A DNA stretch of 64,000 bases. It comes from Mobula hypostoma. Its lineage: Eukaryota. Made by a program: the position numbers and the translations under genes. Of the stretch, positions 1-12,639 are shown piece after piece. Location: positions 5,518,001-5,582,000 of the forward strand of contig NC_086108.1 in the NCBI RefSeq assembly GCF_963921235.1. The letters are read 5' to 3'. Numbering within the stretch: the stretch's first letter is position 1; every line of letters begins with the position of its first letter. The notes under the pieces were generated by a model. That model was not told the origin of the DNA, ran no database searches, and was given only the letters and a program-made list of their open reading frames with translations.

Positions 1-11
1 ATCCCCTTTAT

Positions 12-1253
12 CTAGCAACACACATAAAAGTTGCTGGTGAACGCAGCAGGCCAGGCAGCATCTCTAGGAAGAGGTACAGTCGACATTTCGGGCCGAGACC
101 CTTCGTCAGGACTAACTGAAAGAAGAGCTAGTAAGAGATTTGAAAGTGGGAGGGGGAGGGGGAGATCCGAAATAATAGAAGACAGGAGGGGGAGGGATGG
201 AGCCAAGAGCTGGACAGTTGATTGGCAAAAGGGATATGAGAGGATCATGGTGCAGGAGGCCTAGGGAGAAAGAAAAGGGGGTGGGGGGGACCCAGAGGAT
301 GGGCAAGGGGTATAGTGAGGGGGACAGAGGGCGAAAAAGGAGAGAGAGAAAAAGAATGTGTGTATATAAATAAATAACAGATGGGGTACGAGGGGGAGGT
401 GGGGCAATAGCGGAAGTTTGAGAAGTCAATGTTCATGCCATCAGGTTGGAGGCTACCCAGATGGAATACAAGGTATTGTTCCTCCAACCTGAATGTGGCT
501 TCATCTTTACAGTAGAGGAGGCCGTGGATAGACACATCAGAATGGGAATGGGACGTGGATTTAAAATGTGTGGCCACTGGGAGATCCTGTTTTCTCTGGC
601 GGACAGAGGGTAAGTGGACGTAGAATTAAAATGTGTGGCCACTGGGAGATCCTGCTCCCAATGGCCACACATTTTAATTCCATACCCCATTCCCATTCTG
701 ACATGTCTATCCACGGCCTCCTCTCCTGTAAAGATGAAGCCACACTCAGGTTGCAGGAACAACACCTTATATTCCGTCTGGGTAGCCTCCAACCTGATGG
801 CATGAACATTGATTTCTCAAACTTCCGCTAATGCCCCACCTCCCCCTCGTACCCCATCCGGTATTTATTTATATACAAACATTCTTTTTCTCTCTCTCCT
901 TTTTCTCCCTCTGTCCCCCTCACTATACCCCTTGCCCATCCTCTGGGTTCCCACCCTCCCCCTTTTCTTTCTCCCTAGGCCTCCTGTCCCATGATCCTCT
1001 CATATCCCTTTTGCCAATCAACTGTCCATCTCTTGGTTCCATCCCTCCTCCTCCTGTCTTCTCCTATCATTTTGGATCTCACCCTCCCCCTCTCAAATCT
1101 CTTACTAACTCTTCCTTCAGTTAGTCCTGACGAAGGGTCTTGGCCCAAAACGTCGACTGTACCTCTTCCTAGAGATGCTGCCTAGCCTGCTGCGTTCACC
1201 AGCAACTTTGATGTGTGTTGCTTGAAATTCCAGCATCTGCAGATTTCCTCGTG
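12..1253. mobile_element. Penelope-like fold-back insertion (two inverted ~570-bp arms)
   Basis: About 14-590 is the reverse complement of about 655-1220. GIY-YIG C-terminal remnant (EQHLIFRLGSLQPDGMNIDFSNFR). Direct repeat atcccctttat at 1-11 and 1254-1264. Confidence 0.85.
78..113 (-). ncRNA. Minimal type-I hammerhead ribozyme motif (Penelope-associated)
   Basis: Minus strand reads agtc CTGACGA a ggg-tctcgg-ccc GAAA tg TC gact, containing stem I, the catalytic core and stem II. Confidence 0.65.
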
Positions 1254-1545
1254 ATCCCCTTTATTGATTCTACTTGTAATCTCCTCAAAGAATTCCAGGC
1301 TCATCAGGCAGGATCTTCCTTGAAGGAATCCATGCCGACTTTGAACTATCTTGTCCTGTGTCACCAACTACTCCTTTACCTCATCCTTAACAATTGACTC
1401 CAACATCTTCCCAACCGCTGAGGTCAGGCTAACTGCTCCATAACTTCCTTTCTGCTGTCCTCCTTTCTTAAAGAGTGGAGTGACATTTGCAATTTTCCAG
1501 TTCTCTAGCACCATGCTAGAGTCCAATGATTTCTGAAAGATCTCA
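1254..1545 (-). mobile_element. CR1 LINE fragment
   Basis: SRHGFLQGRSCL..LEFFEEIT motif of the CR1 reverse transcriptase. Confidence 0.75.
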
Positions 1546-1803
1546 TCTTGAGTGCAGCATCAGAGTACAGCTCACAGAGCTCTTCCTCTTCTCTCAAAGT
1601 CAAGTTCTCAGGCTGAACAGAAGATTCAGAGAAAGGGTTCCTCACCCAGTCATACACTTGTGTTGAAAGGGAGGAAAAATACTGTTCAATTTTGTTCGGC
1701 ATTTCTTCTAGGTGGTTTTCAATAAGACTTGAGACTTTCTGATATCCTTCCTCAATCTCAAGGCCAAGCAGCAAAGGAAACATTTCAAGATTTCCTGATA
1801 CAT

Positions 1804-2024
1804 AGGCTGGTTGGTGGCGTAGTGGCATTAGCGCCAGACTTTGGAGCAAAGGCTTCCGAGTTCAAACCCAGCCGGCTCCCTGGAACGCTTTCCATCCGTG
1901 CTGGGTTGACCGTCAAGCTAGCAACTCGACCTCGTAAAAAAGAAATTCCCTGTTACAGAAACATCAACAGCAAAAAAAGTTGATGGCCTATGCTCTCTCG
2001 TGAGTTTAAAAGGCAATTTCCTTT
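1804..2024 (+). mobile_element. tRNA-derived SINE
   Basis: A-box TGGCGTAGTGG and B-box GAGTTCAAACC. 13-bp target duplication tttcct(g/a)atacat at 1791-1803 and 2025-2037. Confidence 0.8.
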
Positions 2025-2375
2025 TTTCCTAATACATGATTTTCCAAAGATTCAGTTTCCTTTTAAATCCAAGAATCATGTCACTTAAAGTCAAAATATT
2101 TTCTCCAGGGCCTTGCAGAGACTTGTTCAACTGGTTCATATGATGTCAAATGTCGGTTAAGTAGGCTAGTTTCTGCAGCCATTCTTCACCTTCAAAGCAC
2201 TTAGAAAAATCTGGCCTATTTTCTTGAAAGTACTCCTGCAATTCACCTTTCAGCTCAAACACCCTGTTGAGAACTGTTCCTCTGCTAAGCCACCGGATTT
2301 CTGTCTGTAGCAGGAGATTGGTGTGCTCTTTTTCCAGGCTTTCATACAATTTTTAAGCATTCCTGAGTGAACTTA

Positions 2376-3795
2376 TAGTCAGACTTTATTGATCCTGAGG
2401 GAAATTGGTCTTCGTTACAGTTGCACCATAAATAATTAAATAGTAATATGTAAATTATCCCAGGAAATAAGTCCAGGACCAGCCTATTGGCTCAGGGTGT
2501 CTGACCCTCCAAGGGAGGAGTTGTAAAGTTTGATGGCCACAGGCAGGAATGACTTCCTATGACGCTCAGTGTTGCATCTCGGTGGAATGAGTCTCTGGCT
2601 GAATGTACTCCTGTGCCCACCCAGTACATTTTGTAGTGGATGGGAGACATTGACCAAGATGGCATGCAACTTAGACAGCATCCTCTTTTCAGACACCACC
2701 GTCAGAGAGTCCAGTTCAATCCCCACAACATCACTGGCCTTACGAATGAGTTTGTTGATTCTGTTGATGTCTGCTACCCTCAGCCTGCTGCCCCAGCACA
2801 CAACAGCAAACATGATCACACTGGCAACCACAGACTCGTAGAACATCCTCAGCATCGTCCGGCAGATGTTAAAGGACCTCAGTTTCCTCAGGAAATAGAG
2901 ACGGCTCTGACCCTTCTTGTAGACAGCCTTAGTGTTCTTTGACCAGTCCAGTTTATTGTCAATTCGTATCCCCAGGTATTTGTAATCCTCCACCATGCCC
3001 ACACTGATCCCCTGGATGGAAACAGAGGTCACCGGTGCCTTAGCCTTCTTCAGGTCTACCACCAGCTCCTTAGTCTTTTTCACATTAAGCTGCAGTTAAT
3101 TCTGCTCACACCATGTGACAAAGTTTCCTACCGTAGCCTTGTACTCAGCCTCATCTCCCTTGCTGATGCATCCAACTATGGCAGAGTCATCAGAAAACTT
3201 CTGAAGATGACAAGACTCTGTGCAGTAGTTGAAGTCCGAGGTGTAAATGGTGAAGAGAAAGGGAGACAAGACCGTCCCCTGTGGAGCCCCAGTGCTGCTG
3301 ATCACTCTGTCGGACACACAGTGTTGCAAGCACACGTACTGTGGTCTGCCAGTCAGGTAATCAAGAATCTATGACACCAGGAAAGCATCCACCTGCATCG
3401 CTGTCACCTTCTCCTCCAGCAGAACAGGGCGGATGGTGTTGAACGCACTGGAGAAGTCAAAAAACATGACCCTCACAGTGCTCGCTGGCTTGTCCAGGTG
3501 GGCATAGACATGGTTCAGCAGGTAGACGATGGCATCCTCAACTCCTAGTCGGGGCTGGTAGGCGAACTGGAAGGGATCTAAGTGTGGCCTAATCATAGGC
3601 CGGAACAGTTCCAGATCAAGTCTCTCCAGGGTCTTCATGATGTGGGAGGTCGATGGCACCGGTCTGTAGTCATTGAGGCCGCTGGGGCGCGGCGTCTTCG
3701 GCACAGGGACGAGGCAGGATGTCTTCCACAGCACAGGAACCCTCCGGAGCCTCAGGCTCAGGTTGAAGACATGGCGAAGTACTCCACATAGCTGA
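2376..3795 (-). mobile_element. Rex1/Babar-type LINE, 5'-truncated
   Basis: RT motifs MFFDFSSAFNTI, GAPQGTVLSPFLF, KFSDD and YFLRKLRSF; near-identical to the copy at 16037-16868. Confidence 0.85.
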
Positions 3796-4229
3796 ACTAG
3801 TCTTAAAGCTACTAAATAACTTGCTTCCTGAACTCCTTTACTGACTGTGACTTTATTTTCAAAAGTTTTAATCTGTTTTGTTTTGAGATTCCAATAGTCA
3901 TTTAAAATAATTAGCACTTTTCTATATCATACGGCTGTGATTTGTAGTTAAGTGTCTTTTCAATTTTGCTGGAGCTATTGCTACATTTGTAGGTTGTTTC
4001 CCACTGACCAGATACAATGGAATAGGCCAACTTGGATCACCAGTCCATGAAAACCCAATGATAAATAGCTTTCATTGTAAAGATGGACATTTTTCTGACT
4101 GTTGTTTCACTAGAGCAGTGAAATGGCTCAGAAGATTGTAATTCTTCGTCATTAACCTTATCAGAATTGTCCATAGGCCTAGGGCTAGAATCCTCCTCTT
4201 CAAAAATTACCACACTAGACCATCTTTGG

Positions 4230-4500
4230 ATATCAGCCTGCCATCCTCCCCTCCGTTCAAAACACCGCTCGCCAATTATCAGCCTCCATCCTCCCCTCCG
4301 TTCAATACACCGCTCACTAATATCAACCTCCATCCTCCCCTCCGTGCAATACAGCACTCACCAATTATCAGCCTACCATCCTCCCCTCTGTGCAATTCAG
4401 CGCTCACCAATCATCAGCCTACCATCCTCCCCTCTGTGCAATATACCGCTCACCAATTATCAGCCTACTGTCCTCCCCTCCGAGCAATACAGCGTTCACA
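4230..4500. repeat. 45-46-bp tandem minisatellite, about 6 copies, subterminal in the hAT element
   Basis: Unit approximately tatcagcctaccatcctcccctccgtgcaatacagcgctcaccaat. Confidence 0.85.
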
Positions 4501-5002
4501 AATGATCAAATTCCTCCATCTTGCGTCAAAAACTGAGAATGGACTCAACCATGGTCTGACTGCGCACTGCCGAACTGAGCTGAGAGACCTCTGTTAATGG
4601 GGCTGCTCGGTCACTGCCCACCACTGCGAGCACTAACTAACATCGCACATTGCATGAAGTTCAAAAAAATGATTATTTTTTTAAAATCACGATCTCTCAC
4701 GGAACCTCTAACCACCTCCCACAGAACCCTAGGTTTCAGTGGAAGCCCGGTCGAGAAACCCTGTATTAGAGGGACTCATTTATCAAGATATCTGGACTTT
4801 AGATCTAAATTATTTATGTTATGAAAGCAAAGGTCTGCAATAACAAAACCCTGTGGAAACACTGCCTACAGTATTCCATTCACAGCATAGTCACAAACTA
4901 TTAACCTTTGCTATCTACAAACTGCCTCAAATTCAAGGTCTCACTTGCTGTTCTAACTTAATAGTTTATGCTCCTGACTGGGTGGTAATATAACGTTGAA
5001 GT

Positions 5003-5508
5003 ACACACTCAATGGCATTGTGAGGTACACCTGCTCATTAATGCAAGTATTTAATCAGCCAATCACGCAGCAGCAACTCAATGCGTAAAAGCATGCAGAC
5101 ATTGGCAAGAGGTTCAGTTGTTGTTCAGACCAAACATCACAATGGCAAAGAAATGTGATCTAAGTGATTTTGACTGTGGAATGATTGTTGGTGCCAAGCA
5201 GGGTGTTTGAGTATCTCAAAAACCGATCTCCTGGGGTTTTCACATACAACAGTCTCTAGAGGTTACAGAGAGGGGTGCAAAAAGCAAACACCATCCAGTG
5301 AGCAGCAGTTCAGTTCTGTTAATGAGAGGTCAGAGGAGAATGGGCAGACTGGTTCAAGCTGACAGGAAGGTGACAGTAACTCAAATAGCCATGTGTTGCG
5401 ACAGTGGGGTGCCAAAGAACATCTCTGAACAAACAGCAGGTCGAACCTTGAAGATGGGCTAAAACAGCAGAAGACCACGAACGTACAGTCAGTGGCCACT
5501 TTATTATG
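5003..5508 (+). mobile_element. Tc1/mariner-like non-autonomous element
   Basis: Same family as 48800-49967 in the opposite orientation; contains the cagtggccactttatta end motif. Confidence 0.6.
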
Positions 5509-5734
5509 TCAAAACGACCTGCTGTACCACAAACTGCATATATGAATTTTTTTAACAATCCCTCATAACACACTTCGCACTTATCCTCAGGTCTTATATT
5601 ATGCAATCTCATCATCCTGCCCATTGTAAACCAGACACACAATTCTATCACATCTCTTTTTCTCTGGAGAGGAGAACTTGAGAGAAGTGTACTAAATTGC
5701 ACTAGATCCAATTAGACACTATTAAGAACAAAAG

Positions 5735-6072
5735 GTTTCTTGAGGTTGTCATAGCTAGGGGAGGAGGTGGAGATAGGCTCCCACTAACTATTAAATCTCC
5801 AATGGCATACATTTCAAATAGCCTTTGGCAACCAAGCCCAGCTCCTGGCCACATGTGACTCAGCTACTAAGCCCAGCGGAGCCATTTCTCCTGCAATACC
5901 GCTGGTAGCAAACTGCATCAGTCTCTGCCTTGGGTTCATTAACTGTGGTGGGGGGGGGGGGGGGAGTCTGTTGCATGGGCAACAGCCTGCTCACCGTATC
6001 ATATTGCCCTGGTTTCTGTACAACAGCTAGGATGCAACATGCATGGTCGATCCTGACCGATGGAGTGCCTCA
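5735..6072 (+). mobile_element. Probable Vingi/Ingi-related non-autonomous retroelement
   Basis: ctcccacta...caaatagcct...caaccaag(c)ccagctcctggcc...gctactaagccc resembles Vingi 5' ends as I recall them; not verified. Confidence 0.4.
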
Positions 6073-6467
6073 AAAACGAACGACACAGGCACAGGAGCTC
6101 TGAATGCACGGACCTCCGCTCTCTCGATCCCAAACCTACCATCAAACAAATGGGCACTGTTGTAGTGTGGCCGACTGACTACTACCTAGCTGAGGCCAGG
6201 CGACAATTCTCAGACACATCCTCTTACCTCCCCATTGAAAAGGACTCCACTCTAGACCATCAGTAAACTGTCTCCAACACCATCATTAACCTCATAAACT
6301 CTGGAAGACGTCCATCAACTTCCACCATAGTTCCCTTAGCCCGCACTGCTCACTTCTACCTCCTACCCAATATCCACAGACCTGACTGTCCAGGTAGGCC
6401 CACTGTTTCCTCCTGCTCCTGCCCCACTTGTGTCTTCATACCTCGACTCCATTCTATCCCTCTTCTT

Positions 6468-9400
6468 TCATAAGAAGATAAGAAATAGGAGCAGGAGTAG
6501 GTCATCTAGCCCATCGACCCTGCCCCGTCATTCAATAAAATCATGGCTGATCTGTCCGTAAACTCAGCTCCATCTGCCTGCCTCTTCCCCATAACCCTTA
6601 ATTCCCTTACTATGTAAAAACCTATATAACTGTTTCTTAAATATATTTAGTGAGGAAGCCTCAACTGCTTCCTTGGGCAGAGAATTCCACAGATTTACCA
6701 CTCTCTGGGAAAAACAGTTTCTCCTCATCTCCGTCCTAAATCTTCTCCCCTTAATCTTGAGGCAAAGCCCCCTAGTTCTAGTCTCACCTACCAAGGGAAA
6801 CAACTTTCCTACTTCGATCTTATCCATCCCTTTCAAAATTTTGTATCTTTCTATAAGGTCCCCTCTCATTCTTCTGAACTCCAGAGAGTATAGTCCCAGG
6901 CGACTCAATGTCTCCTCATAGGTTAACCCCTTCATCCCTGGAATCAACCTGGTGAACCTCCTCTGCACTGCCTCCAAAACCAGTATATCCTTCCTCAAGT
7001 ATGGAGACCAGAACTGCACACAGTACTCCAGGTGCGGCCTCACCAGTACCCTGTATAGTTGCAGCATGACCTCCCTGCTCTTGAATTCAATCCCTCTAGC
7101 AATGAAGGCCAACATTCTGTTTGCCTTAATAACCTATTGTACCTGCAAGCCAACTTCTTGCGATTCATGAACAAGCACTCCTAAGTCCCTCTGCACAACA
7201 GCATGCTGCAATCTTTCACCATTTAAATATTAATCTGCTCTTCTATTATTCCTTCCAAAGTGGATGATCTCGCATTTGCCAGCATTGTATTCCATCTGCC
7301 AGACCTTGGCCCACTCACATAACCTATCTATATCCCTCTGCAGACTCTCCACATCCTCTGTGGAACTTGTTCTTCCACTCAGTTTAGTGTCATCAGCAAA
7401 TTCTGCTACGCTACACTCACTCCTCTCTTCCAAATCATCAATGTAAATGATAAACAGCTGCAGCACCCCACTCACCCCTGACTGCCAACCGGAGAAACAC
7501 TCATTTATACCAACTCTCTGCCTTCTATTGGTTAACCAATCCACTATCCATGCCAATACACTTCCTCTGACTCCATGCATCTTTATCTTCTTTATAAGTC
7601 TCTTGTGCGGCACCTTACCGAACGCCTTCTGGAAATCCAAGTACACGACATCCACCTGTTCACCTCTATCCACTGCACTCATTATGTCTTCAAAGAACTT
7701 CAGTAAGCTTGTCAAACAGGACCTGCCCTTTCTGAATCCATGCTGCATCTGTCTAATGGAACCACTCCTTTCCAAATGTTTCGCTATTTCTTCCTTAATT
7801 TGTTAATTTGTTGGAATTTGTTGCCACAGGCAGCAGTGGAGGCCAGTTCATTGGGCGTATTTAAGGCAGAGATTGATAGGTATCTGAGTAGCCAGGGCAT
7901 CAAAGGTTATAGTGAGAAGGCAGGGCAGTGGGACTAAATAGGATAAAATGGATCAGCTCATGATAAAATGGCGGAGCAGACTCGATGGGCCGAATGGCCT
8001 ACTTCTGCTCCTTTGTCTTATGGTCTTAATGACAGCTTCAAGCATTTTCCCGACTACAGATGTTAAGCTAACTGGCCTAAAGTTGCCTGTCTTTTGCCTA
8101 CATCCTTTTTTAAAAAGTGGCGTGACATTTGCTGTCTTTCAATCTGCCTGGACCTGCCCAGAGTCCAGAGTGTTTTAATAAATGATTACCAACGTGTTTA
8201 CCATAACCTCCGCCAATTCCTTCAGCACCCTGGGATGCATCCCATCAGGTCCAGGGGACTTATCTACCTTCAGGCCCTCTAGTTAGCTCATCACTATCTC
8301 TTTAGTGACAGTGATTTTATTGAGGTCCTCACCTCCCATTACGTTCAAAACATCATTCTTTGGCATATTAGATGTGTCCTCCACTGTGAAACATAGAAAC
8401 ATAGAAAATAGGTGCAGGAGTAGGCCATTCGGCCCTTCGAGCCTGCACCGCCATTTATTATGATCATGGCTGATCATCCAACTCAGAACCCCGCCCCAGC
8501 TTTCCCTCCATACCCCCTGATCCCCGTAGCCACAAGGGCCATATCTAACTCCCTCTTAAATATAGCCAATGAACTGGCCTCAACTGTTTCCTGTGGCAGA
8601 GAATTCCACAGATTCACCACTCTCTGTGTGAAGAAGTTTTTCCTAATCTCGGTCCTAAAAGGCTTCCCCTCTATCCTCAAACTGCGACCCCTCGTTCTGG
8701 ACTTCCCCAACATCGGGAACAATCTTCCTGCATCTAGCCTGTCCAATCCCTTTAGGATCTTATACGTTTCAATCAGATCCCCCCTCAATCTTCTAAATTC
8801 CAACGAGTACAAGCCCAGTTCATCCAGTCTTTCTTCATATGAAAGTCCTGCCATCCCAGGAATCAATCTGGTGAACCTTCTTTGTACTCCCTCTATGGCA
8901 AAGATGTCTTTCCTCAGATTAGGGGACCAAAACTGCACACAATACTCCAGGTGTGGTCTCACCAAGGCCTTGTACAACTGCAGTAGTACCTCCCTGCTCC
9001 TGTACTCAAATCCTCTCGCTATAAATGCCAGCATACCATTCGCCTTTTTCACCGCCTGCTGTACCTGCATGCCCACTTTCAATGACTGGTGTATAATGAC
9101 ACCCAGGTCTCGTTGCACCTCCCCTTTTCCTAATCGGCCACCATTCAGATAATAATCTGTTTTCCTATTTTTGCCACCAAAGTGGATAACTTCACATTTA
9201 TCCACATTAAATTGCATCTGCCATGAATTTGCCCACTCACCCAACCTATCCAAGTCACCCTGCATCCTCTTAGCATCCTCCTCACAGCTAACACTGCCAC
9301 CCAGCTTCGTGTCATCCGCAAACTTGGAGATGCTGCATTTAATTCCCTCATCCAAGTCATTAATATATATTGTAAACAACTGGGGTCCCAGCACTGAGCC

Positions 9401-10569
9401 TTGCGGTACCCCACTAGTCACCGCCTGCCATTCTGAAAGACTAACACAAAATAGTTGTTCAATGTCTCAGCCATTTCCTTATCACCCAATATCAATTTCC
9501 CCTTCTGGTCTTCCACTTTAGTGACCCTCTTCCACTTTATATATTTATAAAAACTTTTGCTATCTGTTTTGATATTTTGTGCTAATTTACTTTCATACTC
9601 TATCTTTCCTTTCCTTATTTCTTGTTTAGTTGTTCTCTGTTACTTTTTAAAGTTTTCCAAATCCTCCAGTCTCCCATTACTCTTTGTGACTTGGTACATG
9701 AGCTTTTAATTTGATACTATCTTTTATTTCCTTAGTTATCCAAGGCTGGCTCTCCCCACATTTACTGTCCTTACTTTTGACTGGAATATACTTTTGATGA
9801 GCACTGTGAAAAATCTCTTTGAAAGTATTCCACTGTTCCCCAACTGTCCCACCAAATAGCCTGTGCTCCCAACTCCTCCCATTGTAGTCTCCCTTGTTCA
9901 AGCATAATACGCTAGTCTTAGATCTAACTATTTCATCCACCATCTGAATGAGAAATTCAATATACTATGACCACTCTTTCCAAGAGGATCCCTGACTACA
10001 AATTCATTAATCTTACCTGTCTCATTGCATAGGACTAGATCTAAGGTAGTATTTTCCCTTGTAAGTTCACTAACATGCTGCTCTAGAAAGTCATCACGGA
10101 TGCATTCTATGAAGTCCTCCTCAAGACTTCCTTGACCAACCTGATTCACCCAATCTATGTAGAAGTTAAAATCCACCATGACAACTGCCGTTCCTTTCTT
10201 ACAAGTCGCAGTTATTTCTTGGTCAATCACCTCTGCTACTGCAATATTTTTATTAGGTGGCCTATAGACAACACCCACCAGTGATCTTTTCCCAGATGGA
10301 CTCAACATTCTGCTCCGCAGATCTTATATCAGCTCTCACAATCGCCCTGATCTCATCCCTAATAAAGAGTGTCACCCCACTTCCTCTGCCTTCCTGCCCA
10401 TCTTTCCGTATTACCTGATACCCTTGGATATTTAATTCCCAGTCACTCCACCTTGCAACCAGGTTTCTGTAAAGGCCACTAAATCATACGCCTTGATACT
10501 GATCTGTGCCACAAGTTCACTAACCTTGTTTCTAATACTACGGGCATTTAGATAAAGTGCCCTTCTACT
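6468..10569 (-). mobile_element. CR1 LINE with two further CR1 inserts
   Basis: ORF2 pieces: VGVVYRPP (endonuclease), QHGFRKGRSCLT, FADDTKL, LVRPHLEYCVQFWSP. Confidence 0.88.
8390..9438 (-). mobile_element. Young 5'-truncated CR1 LINE with an uninterrupted 312-aa RT C-terminus
   Basis: ORF 8483-9421 (SGVPQGSVLGP, FADDTKL); (acatagaa)2 tail at about 8390-8408. Confidence 0.9.
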
Positions 10570-12494
10570 CAGTCCCTTCACACCTACATCCGCAACACTT
10601 CACAATCTCACAATCTCAACAACTTTCAATTCCCTGACTACCTCAATTTCACCATGGATGTCCAGTCGCTATGCACTTCTATCCTCCATCAAGGCCTTAA
10701 AGCTCTCTACTTCTTTCTCAACAAAACAGCCAACCAGTTCCCTTCCACCACCACCTTCTTCTGTCTAGCAGAACTGATTCTCACCCTCAAGGATTTCTCC
10801 TTCTGCTCCTCATACTTTCTCCAGACTCAAGGGGTAGCCATGGCAACATAGAACAGTCCATGTTCCAAGCCTTCCCCAGTCATGCGCCCCAAATCTTCCT
10901 CCACTACATTGATGACTGCACTGGTGCTGCTTCATGCGCCCATGCTGAGCTCATCAATTACATCAACCTTGCCTCCAACTTCCACCCTGCCCTTAAATTC
11001 ACTGACACCTCTCTCCTCTTTCTTGATCTCTCTCTATCTCCATCTCTGGAGACAGGCTGTCTACTGACATCTTTTATAAACCTACCAATACCCATGGCTA
11101 TCTTGACTACAGGTCTTCCCACCCTTTCTCCTGTAAAAAAAAAAAATCCCATTTCCTTTTCTCAGTTCCTTCATCTCCACATTTGTTCCAAGGATGAGGC
11201 TTCCCTTTCCAGAACATCAGAGATGTTCTCCTTCTTCAAAGCCTTCACCACCATTAATGCTGCCCTCACATACATCTTCTCCATTTCCTGGATATTCACA
11301 CTCACCCCACCTTCCTGCCACCTTAACAGGGACAGAGTTCCTCTTGTCCTCACCTACCAGCCATGAGCCTTCACTTCCCACACATCATCTTCTGCAACTT
11401 CTATCATCTCAACAGGATCCTACCACCAAACACATCTTTATTCCCCACCCCCCACTCTCTGCTTTCCACAGGGATTGCTCCCTCGGTGATTCCATTGTCC
11501 ATTCATCCCTCCCTACTAATCTCCCCCCGGCACATATCACTGCTAAGGACAGAAATGCTGTACCTGTCCATTTACCTCCTCCCTCAGCTCCATTCAGGAT
11601 CCCAAACATTCCTTAAAGGTGAGGCAACACTTCATTTGTAAATCTGTTGGAGATGTCTATCAAATCTGGTGCTCCTGATGCAGCTGCCTCTACATTGGTA
11701 AGACATGATGTAAATTAGGGGAGTACTTCATAAAGCAGCTCTGCTCCATCCACTACAAGCAGAATTTCCTGGTGGCCTATCATTTTAATTCCCATCCCCA
11801 TTCCCATTCCAATGTGTCAGTCCACGGCCTCCTCTTTTGTCATGATGAGGCCACTCTCAGGGTGGAGGAGCAACACCTCCTATTCTGTCTAGGTAGCCAA
11901 CCTAATGGCATGAACATTGATTTCTTCTTCCAGTAAATTATTTTTACCCTACCACTTCCCTCTTCCTCCATTGCCCACTCTGGCCTCTTACCTCTTCTCC
12001 TCACCTACCGATCATCTCCTCTGGTGACCCTCCTACTTCCCTTTCTCTTATCATCCACCGTCCTTGCCTATCAGCTTCCTTCCTTGTCAGCCCTCGACCT
12101 TTCCCACCCATCTGGCTTCACCTATCACCTTTTGGGGTAGTCCTCCCCACCACCTTTTTATTCTGCCGCCTTCCCCCTTCCTTTCCAGTCCCGAAGAAGA
12201 GTCTCAGCCCAAAACGTTGATCACTTATTCATTCCCATAGATGCTGCCGGACCTGCCAAGTTCCTCCGGTATTACATGTGTGTTGTTCTGGAACAGGAGT
12301 TGACAATATGGTCCTTGAGGCTTTGTTCTAACATCAAATAAAGTTGCCTTTGAAGGTTCACCATTTTTGAATTGTGGACTTAGTTCCTAGATACTAGTTT
12401 TGCTTTCTCCTGCTGCTATCTATATCCACTTTTGTAAATACATATTCCCCATTCCTCTATTGCTGGCCTGTAACACCTGGAGACATCCTTACTT

Positions 12495-12585
12495 CCAGTT
12501 CGGTCGCTGTGGAGTTTGCACATTCCCTCTGTGACTACGTGGGTTTCCTCCAGGTGCTTTGGTTTCCTCCCATATTCCAAAGGTT
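12495..12585 (+). mobile_element. V-SINE/HE1-like fragment
   Basis: Core gtggagtttgca...gtgggtttcctcc.ggtgct..ggtttcctccca. Confidence 0.6.
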
Positions 12586-12639
12586 TGTTGCTTGCAGGGA
12601 AGAATAATATTACAGGGAGAATTAATGAGGGATTGGATT

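Larger units (their letters stand above)
1545..4763 (-). mobile_element. Decayed hAT (Buster/Charlie-type) transposon, interrupted by a SINE and a Rex1/Babar LINE
   Basis: LLLQTEIRWLSRGTVLNRVFELK and WLQKLAYLTDI (2146-2349); YDWVRNPF (about 1640); BED-finger remnant APAKLKRHL (about 3950-3985). Terminus CAGGGTTTCTC at 4753-4763, flanked by tatTAgag. Confidence 0.85.
6120..12290 (+). mobile_element. Decayed Penelope-like element split by a ~4.1-kb CR1 nest
   Basis: RT N-part at 6120-6467 (FYLLPNIHRPDCPGRP) resumes at about 10570 (QGVAM, YIDD), then GIY-YIG remnants, pyrimidine tract and a degenerate hammerhead at about 12186. Confidence 0.8.

Noticed and set aside
1804..1880. tRNA gene
   Set aside because: A and B boxes are present, but the unrelated body, tail and TSD indicate a SINE.
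3369..3917. 182-aa ORF as a novel transposase-RT fusion protein
   Set aside because: Chance in-frame junction of a decayed hAT and an inserted Rex1 fragment; both flanks carry stops or frameshifts.
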